Positions 13,926-23,761 of a DNA stretch of 64,000 nt are shown here, piece by piece (position 1 is the first letter of the stretch; every line of letters starts with the position of its first letter). The notes beneath the pieces were generated by a model. That model saw only the letters and a program-made list of their open reading frames with translations, was not told the origin of the DNA and ran no database searches. The position numbers and the translations under genes were made by a program. Location of the stretch: the NCBI GenBank assembly GCA_028826165.1, contig JAPDFW010000136.1:744001-808000 (forward strand), written 5' to 3'. The stretch comes from Anaeramoeba ignava BMAN. Taxonomy: Eukaryota; Protista; Anaeramoebae.

Positions 13926-14850
13926 TATTTTAATTAATTTATTTCAAAAATGGAATAAAGAATATTAAATAACTAAATTTAAAATTAATTCTATTTTATA
14001 TATTTTATTAATATTTCTTTATTTAAAATAATATAAAATTATTCTCAATATTTTAATAAAATTAATAAAATATTTTAATTAATTTATTTCAAAAATGGAA
14101 TAAAGAATATTAAATAATTAAATTTAAAATTAATTATATTTTATATATTTTATTAATATTTCTTTATTTAAAATAATATAAAATTATTCTCAATAATTTA
14201 ATAAAATTAATAAAATCTTTTAATTAATTTATTTCAAAAATGGAATAAAGAATATTAAATAATTAAATTTAAAATTAATTATATTTTATATATTTTATTA
14301 ATATTTCTTTTATTTAAAATAATATAAAACTATTCCCAATAATTTAATAAAATTAATTAAAATATTTTAATTAATTTATTTCAAAAATGGAATAAAAATA
14401 TTAAATAATTAAATTTAAAATTTAATTTTATTTTTATATTTTAATATTTATTTATTTTATTAATAATATTATAAAACTATTTCAATTTTAATATAATAAA
14501 ATTGAAAAAAAATGGAATAAATATTTTAATAAAGATAAGTATTTAATTTTAATAATAATTTAATAATAATTTAATTTAAATTTATTTTATTTTAATTTAA
14601 TATAATATTTTTATTTATTATATTAATATTTTTAATTATTTATTATTCCAATTTTAATTATAATAAAATATATTAAAAAGTGGAATAAATATTTTAATAA
14701 ATATAAATATTTAATTTTAATAATATTTAATAATGATTTAATTTAAATTTATTTTATTTTAATTTTTAAATAATATTTTTATTTATTATATTAATATTTT
14801 TAATTATTTATTAATTCAATTTTAATTATAATAAAATATATTAAAAATAA
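13921..14850. repeat. Satellite C: ~145-147-bp units, then ~168-bp units
   Basis: TGGAATAAA at 13951, 14096, 14241 and 14388, then TGGAATAAATATTTT at ~14513 and 14681. Confidence 0.9.
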
Positions 14851-15318
14851 AATTAAAAAATTAAAAAATTTTTAAATAAATTGAATTTAACATGATTGAA
14901 TAAGATAAACTTTCTAAAAAAATAATTTACTAATTATTCTATTTTTGATTTTGATTATAATTTATTAATATTTAAATATTAATTAATAATAAATTTTATT
15001 TGATTTTTTTTATTTTAATATTTTAATTAATGAATTTAAATTTAATTATTATTAATTTCTATTTTCAATTTTTATTTTTATTTATTATATTAAAAATATT
15101 CAATTTTTAAAATTTATTATTTTTTTTTTTTGGATTATTTTTATTAATTAAATTTTTAATAAATATTTTAAATTAAAATTAAATTATTTAAAATTAAATT
15201 TGTTTCTTATTTATTATTTTAAAGAAATTAATTTGATTAAAAGTAAATTAAAATTGAATTAAATTTTGAAAAAAAAATTAAAAAATAAAAGTTTGATTTT
15301 CTTATTATTAATTAATTT

Positions 15319-16972
15319 TTAAATGAAATAAGTTTCAAGTTCATCAACAACCCATGAAGAATAAGAACCAGCTAAATAACTTTTAGCTTCATTTGTTCCA
15401 TAAGTAATTCCATTAGGTGGATTATAACTATAACCAAAATTTGATAAACCAGGTTGTAAATTATAAGATAAACAAAAATCATATCCTCCATCACCAAATG
15501 TTGGACCATAATTTAAATTAGAATAAATTGCATATTGAGGTTGTTTAATTGTAAACTTTGCAGGTATTCTATCTCCTTTATCATTTCTTAATGAAAAAAT
15601 AAATGCATTTGAATCAATAATTCCTCCTGTATTTCCATTAAATCCAACTTGAGTAAAACCTCCAAAAATAAAATTTTGTTTTGTTTTGATAATAACTAAT
15701 GTTTTTCCTTTCCCATCAACTGCTTTATGCCAATTTTGTGAATTAAATCCATCTTTTTTTGCTGAAAATCCTTTTTTCATTTTAGAAAAAAAATCATTAT
15801 CATTTATCCATTCTTGTAATTTATTAACATATTCAATATCTTGAACAATTTCGGAATCTGAAAATGCTTTTTCCAATTCCTTCATTTTCTTTTCATATTC
15901 CAAATCTTTTTGGTATTGATCTCGATATTTATCAAAAATAGGTTTCATATCTTCAACTTCTTTCTTCCATTTCTCTTCAATTTCCTTTTCTTTCTTCTTA
16001 TTTTCAGATTTCAAATTTCGAATATCTGATTCAAATGATTTGATTCTTTTATCTCTTCTTTTAATTTTCTTTTCTTTCTCTTGAATTTTCTTTTCTTTCT
16101 CTTGAATTAATTTTTTTTGATTATCTTGAATAACTTTGTTTTGAATATCAACTAAAAAAGATTTAGGAAAAAAAATCAAATTGTTTTAATTTATCAAAAT
16201 CTTGTTTTGAAATTGAATCTTTATCAAATAATGAAAAAAAAGAATGAAATAATCTTTTCTTTGCATTCATTTTGTGTTCATATTTCCTTAATTTTAATCT
16301 TTTATTTCTTTTTTCAATCCAATTATTTAAAAATTGAAAAAAATCAAATTGAAAAATTTCTTTTTTTTCTTGTTTAAATTGAATAAATTTGATAATTTCT
16401 TCTTTAGTTAAATTGAATAAATTTTCATTATTTTGAATTTGGGAAAAATTTTGATTTATTAATTCAAAACATTTTATTTCAATTTCATTTGAATTTAAAT
16501 TTCGATTTTGGAATAAAAATTGGAAAAAATTTGAATAATTAATTGAATTTGAAATTTTTTTTTGAATAATTTCTTTCAATAAATTTAATTTAAAATAAAT
16601 TGAAATTTCCAATAATTGAATAAGATTTTCTTGATTCTCAAAAGAAATATTTCCATAATAAATATAACTCAAAATTGATTCCATTTCTTTTTTATTAAAT
16701 TGATTTAAAGAAATTTTATTAAGATCATTTTGCCCTTTTAAAAACTCATTAAAAAAAGGAGATCTTGAACATAAAATTGATTTATGAACTTTAATTTCAA
16801 AAGGATTTGATTTATTCTCAACAAAAATTGAAAAATCTTTAAATGAATTTCCATTTAAAAGGTTTGAATAATCTTTAATTAAATTTTTTGTTACTTTTTT
16901 TTCTAAATTTTTCATTTCATTTTCATTTTGATTTTGATTTGCATTTTCAATTTGATCATTATTATTATCCAT
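15319..16972 (-). CDS. BTB/BACK + coiled coil + TLDc domain protein (frameshift in T-run near 16170)
   Basis: BTB: FKDFSIFVE..KVHKSILCSRSPFF. TLDc: FSAKKDGFNSQNWHKAVDGKGKTLVIIKT..IFGGFT..AFIFSL..YGPTFG..VDELETY. Confidence 0.88.
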
Positions 16973-17384
16973 TTTGTTTTTTGTTTTTTGTTGTTTTTTG
17001 TTTTTTGTTTTTGTTTTTTGGTTTTTAAAAAAAAAGGAAAAAAGGAAAAAAATGAAAAAAAAAATGAAAAAAAAAAGTGGATTTTGAAAATAAATAAAAA
17101 TATAAAAAATAAGAATAAATTTAAATTAATATTTAATTTAATTTTCTTTTTAATTTATTATTTTAAATTAATTTATTAATAAATTATTATTTTTTTTATT
17201 AATTTTTTTTATTAAAAAAAAAGGAAAATTATTTTTAATTTAATTTTTAATTTAATTTTTTTTTTTTTGGAATTTAAAAATTATTAATAAATTTAAATTT
17301 AAAAACAAATTTCTAAATTAATATTAATTCAATTTAATTCAAAAAGATAAAATTTTAATTTCAAAAATCAATTTTCAAAATATT

Positions 17385-18485
17385 TTTAAATAATAAAATA
17401 TTTAAATTTAAAACAATAAATTATTATTTTTAAACATAAAATTAAATATTAAATTATATTTTTAAATTAATTTATAAATTAAATATTAAATTAAATCTAT
17501 TCCCATTTTTATATTTATATGTTGAATATTGAAATAATAAAATATTTAAATCTAAAACAATAAATTATCATTTTTAATAATAAAATTAAATATTAAATTA
17601 TATTTTTCAAATTAATTTATAAATTAAATATTAAATTAAATCTATTCTCATTTTTATATTTATATGTTGAATATTGAAATAATAAAAATATTTAAATCTA
17701 AAACATTAAATTATTATTTTAATAATAAAATTAAATATTAAATTATATTTATAAATTAATTTATAAATTAAATATTAAATTAAATCTGTTCTCATTTTTT
17801 ATATTTTATATGTTAAATATTTAATAAATAAAATATTTAAATCTAAAACATTAAATTATTATTTTAAACATAAAATTAAATATTAAATTATATTTTTAAA
17901 TTAATTTATAAATTAAATATTAAATTAAACTTATTCTTATTTTTATATTTATATGTTAAATATTTAAATAATAAATTATTTAAATCTAAAACATTAAATT
18001 ATTATTTTAATAATAAAATTAAATATTAAATTATATTTTTAAATTGATTTATAAATTGAATATTAAATTAAATCTATTCTTATTTTTATATTTATATGTT
18101 AAATATTTAAATAATAAAATATTTAAATCTAAAACAATAAATTATTATTTTAATAATGAAATTAAATATTAAATTATATTTTTAAATTAATTTATAAATT
18201 AAATATTAAATTAAATCTATTTTCATTTTTTATATTTATATGTTAAATATTTTAAATAATAAAATATTTAAATCTAAAAACATTAAATTATTATTTTAAT
18301 AATAAAATTAAATATTAAATTATATTTTTAAATTAATTTATAAATTAAATATTAAATTAAATCTATTCCCATTTTTTATATTTATATGTTAAATATTTAA
18401 ATAATAAAATATTTAAATCTAAAACAATAAATTATTATTTTAAACATAGAATTAAATATTAAATTATATTTTTAAATTAATTTAT
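17385..18485. repeat. Satellite B: ~143-146-bp unit, about 7.5 copies
   Basis: Anchor TCTATTC/variant at 17496, 17641, 17785, ~17930, 18073, 18216 and 18362. Confidence 0.92.
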
Positions 18486-18763
18486 ATTATTTCTTTAATT
18501 CTAACTCTTCTAAATTTTTATTTTTTAAATTTAATTTTTTTTTGATTTTGTTATTCAAAAAAATAAAAGAATTAATAATAATTTTAAATAATAATTTTAA
18601 ATAATTTTAATTTATATTTTATATTTTAAATAAATTTATTAAATTAAAACTTAAAAATTAAAAATTGGATTTTGAAATTTTTTTATTCTTTCAAAAATGA
18701 AAAAAATTGAAAAAAAAATCAAAAAATGAAAAAAAAAGGAATTAATTTGGAATTATTTTGGAA

Positions 18764-19237
18764 TTATTTGAAATTAATTGATAATTTTGTTTTTTCTTCT
18801 TTTTTCTCTTCTTCTTTTTTTGGAATTGTTATTGAAAGAAATCCATCTTCAAAAGAAGCATCAGATTTTTCAATTTCAGCTAATTCTGGAAGTTTAAAAG
18901 ATTGTTTGAAACTTGAATAACTTCTTTCACATCTAACTCTCTTTTCTTTTTCATCTTCTTTCTCTTCTTTTTTTACTTCATGTTCTCCAAAAATTGATAA
19001 CATTCTTGATTCTTTATCAAATTCAATATTAATTGATTCTTTTGGAATATGAATTTTTCCAGAAATTTGAATTTCTTTTTCTGTTTCTTTTATTCCAAGT
19101 TGTGCAAATGATTTTGTTTTTCTTTCCAAATTTGAAATCCATAAAGGTTCATCTTTATCAAAAATTGAAAATGAATCTTCTTTAATTGGATTAAACCAAA
19201 AAGGAGAAAATAAAGAAGGATATTTACTAATTGACAT
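18764..19237 (-). CDS. Small heat-shock protein (HSP20/alpha-crystallin domain)
   Basis: IKETEKEIQI..KESINIE..LSIFGE..ERSYSSFKQSFKLPE..ASFEDGFLSITIPK, the alpha-crystallin consensus. Confidence 0.93.
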   Translation of the reverse strand: MSISKYPSLFSPFWFNPIKEDSFSIFDKDEPLWISNLERKTKSFAQLGIKETEKEIQISGKIHIPKESINIEFDKESRMLSIFGEHEVKKEEKEDEKEKRVRCERSYSSFKQSFKLPELAEIEKSDASFEDGFLSITIPKKEEEKKEEKTKLSINFK

Positions 19238-19450
19238 TTTTTTGTTTGTTTAAAAATTAAAAAAATTTAAAATTTAAAAAGTAAAAAAAAGTAAAAAAAA
19301 AATTTGTAGAATGAAAAATGGAAAAAAAAAAAATTTTTCTTTTCTTTTATTTACTTTTTTTCGTAATATCTTTGAAAGAAAAGTTTTTTTTCGTAAGAGC
19401 CTTGATTATTTATTTATTTTTTTTAATTAATAAAATATAATTATTTTTAA

Positions 19451-20430
19451 GGGGGTAGTTTACTCCATTCAAAATTTTTTTCCTTTTACAAATTTTTTAT
19501 ATTTTTTTCTTCTTTTGTGATATGACAATTAAACTACATGTAAATGATTTCATAAGCGCAAGAAATTCTTTCCTAAGATTTCTTCTTTTCAAAAAAAAAC
19601 AATACCTTTGTGATATGAGTTCCAGATATGGAAAAAAGAAGTCGTTCTTTTTTTCTTATTGTGAACCCGCGGGTTCAAATAAAGATTTGAAAAAATTTTT
19701 TTCTTCTCCTAAATATTCTTCTCAATTGATTTGTTAGTAAATTTGTTCTCAAAATATTATTCTTTTTTGTTCAAATTTTTCCTTTCTCTTCAAAAGAAGG
19801 GAAGTGGAACAAAAACAAATTGTCTGATATAGAATAAAAGGAAAAGCGAGGAATTGTCCAATATATAATAAATCTTTCCAAAATTCCAAAAAGAAACAAT
19901 ATGCATGAATGAAACGAGGTAATCCTTTTAAGATAGTCTGGAAATGATTATAGTAGATCATTTGAAACCAAATTAAGGAATTAAAGGGAAACAATTCATC
20001 TTTCTTCATACAACTTTTTCAAACAATTAACAACAAAGAGCCACATAAAACACTCATTAAATTGTTGAGAAATTGAAGAATTTTTAGAGATTCTCTCCAA
20101 TCTAACTTTCGCTTGTTTCCTTCTACAGAAAGTTCAATCTGCTGATCTTGTCCAATTATTTCGATTTACAATCCGATTTGAAAAGGAAGAAGAAAAAAAA
20201 TGCAAGAACTTGAAGAAAAAAGAAAGAATTCAAACAATAAAAAAGAGAAAAAAAGTGAATCCAAAACCAAAAAGAAATAAAAGAAAAAATCCATTTTTCT
20301 TTTGATAACTATTTTCTGATTTTGAGAAGATTGAATGAAACCGTTTATTTAATTAATGATAAATTTTATTAATTTATTATTGTGATAAAAAAATTTTTCT
20401 TTTAGAATCAATAACAGGTAAACTACCCCC
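19451..20430. mobile_element. 980-bp non-autonomous DNA transposon with 13-bp TIRs and TTAA target-site duplication (Kolobok-like RR..YY termini)
   Basis: GGGGGTAGTTTAC at 19451-19463 and GTAAACTACCCCC at 20418-20430; TTAA at 19447-19450 and 20431-20434. The paralogous empty site with a single TTAA is at 60556-60559. No transposase ORF seen. Confidence 0.92.
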
Positions 20431-21050
20431 TTAAATTAAAAAGTATTATTTCAATAATAAATTTAATAATAAAAATATATTTCAAACTTAATTTCAAATT
20501 AAATATTAAATCAAAATTATTTAAAAATTTAAATATAAATTAAATCAAAATATTAATTAATAAAATATAATTATTTTTAAATTAAAAAGTATTATTTTAA
20601 TAATAAAATTAATAATAAAAATATATTTCAAATTTAATTTCAAATTAAATATTAATTCAAAACTATTTAAAAATTAAATATAAATTAAATCAAAATATTA
20701 ATAAATAAAATATAATTATTTTTAAATTAAAAAGTATTATTTTTAATAATAAATTAATTTTAAAAATATATTTTAAACTTAATTTCAAATTAAATATTAA
20801 TTCAAAACTATTTAAAAATTTAAATATAAATTTAATCAAAATATTAATTAATAAAAATATAATTATTTTTAAATTAAAAAGTATTATTTCAATAATAAAT
20901 TTAATAATAAAAATATATTTAAAACTTAATTCCAAATTAAATATTAATTCAAAACTATTTAAAAATTTAAATATAAATTAAATCAAAATATTAATAAATA
21001 AAATATAATTATTTTTAAATTAAAAAGTATTATTTTAATAATAAAATAAT
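20431..21050. repeat. Satellite A: ~145-147-bp unit, about 4.3 copies
   Basis: AAGTATTATT at 20441, 20587, 20732, 20879 and 21025. Confidence 0.92.
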
Positions 21051-21284
21051 TTTAATTTTTTATTAATTTATCTAATAATAAAGAATTTAAAATAAATAAT
21101 TATTAATTTCTATTTCCAATTTTTATTTTTGTTTATCATTTTAAAAAATCAATTTTCCATTTTTTTTGATTTAAAATTTAAAATAAAAATTAATTTGAAA
21201 TTTTGTTTTAGAATTTAATTCTTTTTTTATTTATTAATTTGAAGATTTTTATTTGATTGAAAATAGAATTTTAAATTAAAAACA

Positions 21285-21371
21285 AAATTAAAAATAGAAG
21301 ATGAAGAATATCCTGTTTTATTAATTGAATTTTCATTAAATCCAAAAAACAAATCAAGAGAAAACAAGTAT
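21285..21371 (+). pseudogene. Actin/ARP gene relic
   Basis: Translates as KLKIEDEEYPVLLIEFSLNPKNKSRENKY, compared with actin [27 protein letters not shown]; no flanking ORF. Confidence 0.7.
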
Positions 21372-21574
21372 AATTTTAATTTTGATTTTAATTTTGATTT
21401 TAATTTGAATTTTAATTTTAATTTTAATTTTTAATTTTAATTTTGATTTTAATTTTGATTTTGATTTTAATTTTAATTTTAATTTTAATTTTAATTTTAA
21501 TTTTAATTTTAATTTTAATTTTAATTTTGATTTTGATTTTAATTTTGATTTTAATTTTAATTTTGATTTTGATT
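21372..21574. repeat. (AATTTT/GATTTT)n hexamer tract
   Basis: Degenerate hexamer run. Confidence 0.9.
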
Positions 21575-23341
21575 TTAATTTTGATTATTAAATTTATTAA
21601 TTAATAAATCAAATAAATTTGGATTTGTTTGATTTAATTGAAAATAATCAATTCCAATTTGAATTTCATCAATAATTTCTTGTGTAATTTTAATTCCTTT
21701 TTTAATTTGATTTGAATAAATCCAATATTCAAATATTTGAAATGATTTATTACTTAATTCACTATAATCTGTAACTTTATTAGATTTATCTTCAGTTACA
21801 GATAAAAACATTCCTCGATATAATTCACTTCTCATTATTAATATTAATTTTGGAAATTTATATTGTTTTTCTTTTCTTTCAATTATAAAATCTTTTTCAT
21901 TTTCATTTAAATAAATTCTTTTCATTGTTTCTTCAATTTTTTCATTTGAATTTATAATTTCTTTAATTTCTGAATATAATTTTGGATTTATTATTCTGTT
22001 TGAATAAATCATTTCAAATATTTGATTTGATTCTTGAATTGATTTTTTTGAAATAATTTCTTTAAGTTTTTCAATTTGATTTTGATTTTGATTTAATCTG
22101 TATTTCAATATTAATTTATGAGCTTCAATTATTTCTCCATTTTCGGTTTTAAATGAAATATTACAAAATTCTTTTCTTCTAAATAATTTTATCAAATCTT
22201 CTTCAAGATTGGAAAAAGGAAGAGGAGAATAATAAAGAAATGATTTGTAATATCCACAAGAAATATGATAATTGGAAATATCTTCATTAAATCTTAATTT
22301 AGGAAGTTTAATTTGAATTGGAATTGATTGATAATTTGTATCACCAGTTCCTACTTGACCATATTCATTATGTCCGAATCCTATCAGTTTCCCTTTAGAA
22401 GTTAAAATCAAAGTATGGAAATCTCCAACAGAAAGATCAAGAATATCATCATCATTTTCAAATAAAGATGATTTGATTTCAGTAAATTCATAAGTACCTT
22501 CATCAATTCCATTATATTGCCAATCTCCACATGAATAAAGTTTTCTTTTTGGATTTTGATTTTGATTTTGATTTTCATTTTCAATCAACATTATTGAATA
22601 AGAAGCTCCACATTGAATATCAATTATTTTACATTTTGGAATATTTTGGATTTTGGTTAATTTTTGGATTTCTGTTTCATCTTTTATTGATTCTCCTAAT
22701 CCAAGTTGACCATATAAATTGTATCCGCATCCAAACAATTCTTGATTTGAATTTAAAAGAAAAACATAATTTGAATAATTTCCTGAAAGTATTTTAGAAA
22801 CATTTTTCATCATTAAAATTGGTTTTTCTGTTTTTTGAAATGCTTTAGAATCAAATCCAAGTTGGCCAAATTCATTTGAACCAATTCCATAAACATTTTG
22901 ATTTGAAGTTAATAAGTAAATTGAATTAAATCCAGCAACAATATCTTGAATTATTCTATCATTTTTATCTTCAATTAATGATGAAATATTGATAAATTTA
23001 TTTGGATTATTTGGATTAATATTGCTTCCTTTGGCAAATACATTTCCTTCTTTTGTTAAAATAGCTTCATTTTGATAACCAACAGTTACTTTTTGAATAT
23101 TTTCTTCAATTTGGATTTTTTCAGGATTTTGTTTTGAATCATTTTCATTTAAATATTCTATTGCTTTTCCATTTTTAAAAAGGAAAATTGTTGCAAAGCC
23201 TCCTGTTGAAATTTGTTTAATTTGTTTTTCATTTTCATTTTCATTTTCATTTTCGAATTTAATTGGTTTTGTTATTTTATCTGCTTTATTTTTGAAAAGA
23301 ATTGGATATTGATTTGAACCAAAAAATAAAATTTCATTCAT
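21575..23341 (-). CDS. RCC1-repeat beta-propeller + two C-terminal BTB domains, copy C (intact, 588 aa)
   Basis: RCC1 motifs GIGSNEFGQLG, GCGYNLYGQLG, SVGDFHTLILT, GFGHNEYGQVG; BTB-like FCNISF..EAHKLILKYR and KDFII..FPKLILIMRSELYRGMF..FEYWIYS. Confidence 0.9.
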   Translation of the reverse strand: MNEILFFGSNQYPILFKNKADKITKPIKFENENENENEKQIKQISTGGFATIFLFKNGKAIEYLNENDSKQNPEKIQIEENIQKVTVGYQNEAILTKEGNVFAKGSNINPNNPNKFINISSLIEDKNDRIIQDIVAGFNSIYLLTSNQNVYGIGSNEFGQLGFDSKAFQKTEKPILMMKNVSKILSGNYSNYVFLLNSNQELFGCGYNLYGQLGLGESIKDETEIQKLTKIQNIPKCKIIDIQCGASYSIMLIENENQNQNQNPKRKLYSCGDWQYNGIDEGTYEFTEIKSSLFENDDDILDLSVGDFHTLILTSKGKLIGFGHNEYGQVGTGDTNYQSIPIQIKLPKLRFNEDISNYHISCGYYKSFLYYSPLPFSNLEEDLIKLFRRKEFCNISFKTENGEIIEAHKLILKYRLNQNQNQIEKLKEIISKKSIQESNQIFEMIYSNRIINPKLYSEIKEIINSNEKIEETMKRIYLNENEKDFIIERKEKQYKFPKLILIMRSELYRGMFLSVTEDKSNKVTDYSELSNKSFQIFEYWIYSNQIKKGIKITQEIIDEIQIGIDYFQLNQTNPNLFDLLINKFNNQN

Positions 23342-23382
23342 TTTTGAAATGAAAAAAAATGAAAAATGAAAAATGAAAAAAA

Positions 23383-23730
23383 ATTTTAATTTTAATTTTA
23401 ATTTTAATTTTAATTTTGATTTTAATTTTAAATTTAATTTTGATTTTGATTTTGATTTTAATTTTAATTTGAATTTGAATTTTAAATTTTAATTTTTATT
23501 TTAATTTTAATTTTAATTTTAATTTTGAATTTTAATTTTAATTTTAATTTTAATTTTAATTTTAATTTTGATTTTAAATTTTGATTTTAATTTTGATTTT
23601 AATTTTAATTTTATTTTTAAATTTGATTTTAATTTTAATTTTAATTTTAATTTTAATTTTAAATTTTGATTTTGATTTTAATTTTAAATTTAATTTTAAT
23701 TTTAAATTTAATTTTAATTTTGATTTTGAT
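23383..23730. repeat. (AATTTT)n degenerate hexamer tract
   Basis: Run between the RCC1-BTB start and the MROH stop. Confidence 0.9.
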
Positions 23731-23761
23731 TTCATTGATAATTTCTTGTTTTTTTAAGAAA

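Noticed and set aside
17385-18485. Possible CRISPR-like arrays in the ~145-bp repeats
   Set aside because: Whole units repeat head-to-tail with no unique spacers; eukaryotic context with no cas genes.
19522-20009. Short ORFs in the TIR element as transposase
   Set aside because: Under 90 aa with no recognisable DDE or zinc-finger motifs.
11610-23341. Diversity-generating retroelement behind RCC1 variability
   Set aside because: No reverse transcriptase or template repeat in the window, and changes are not adenine-restricted.
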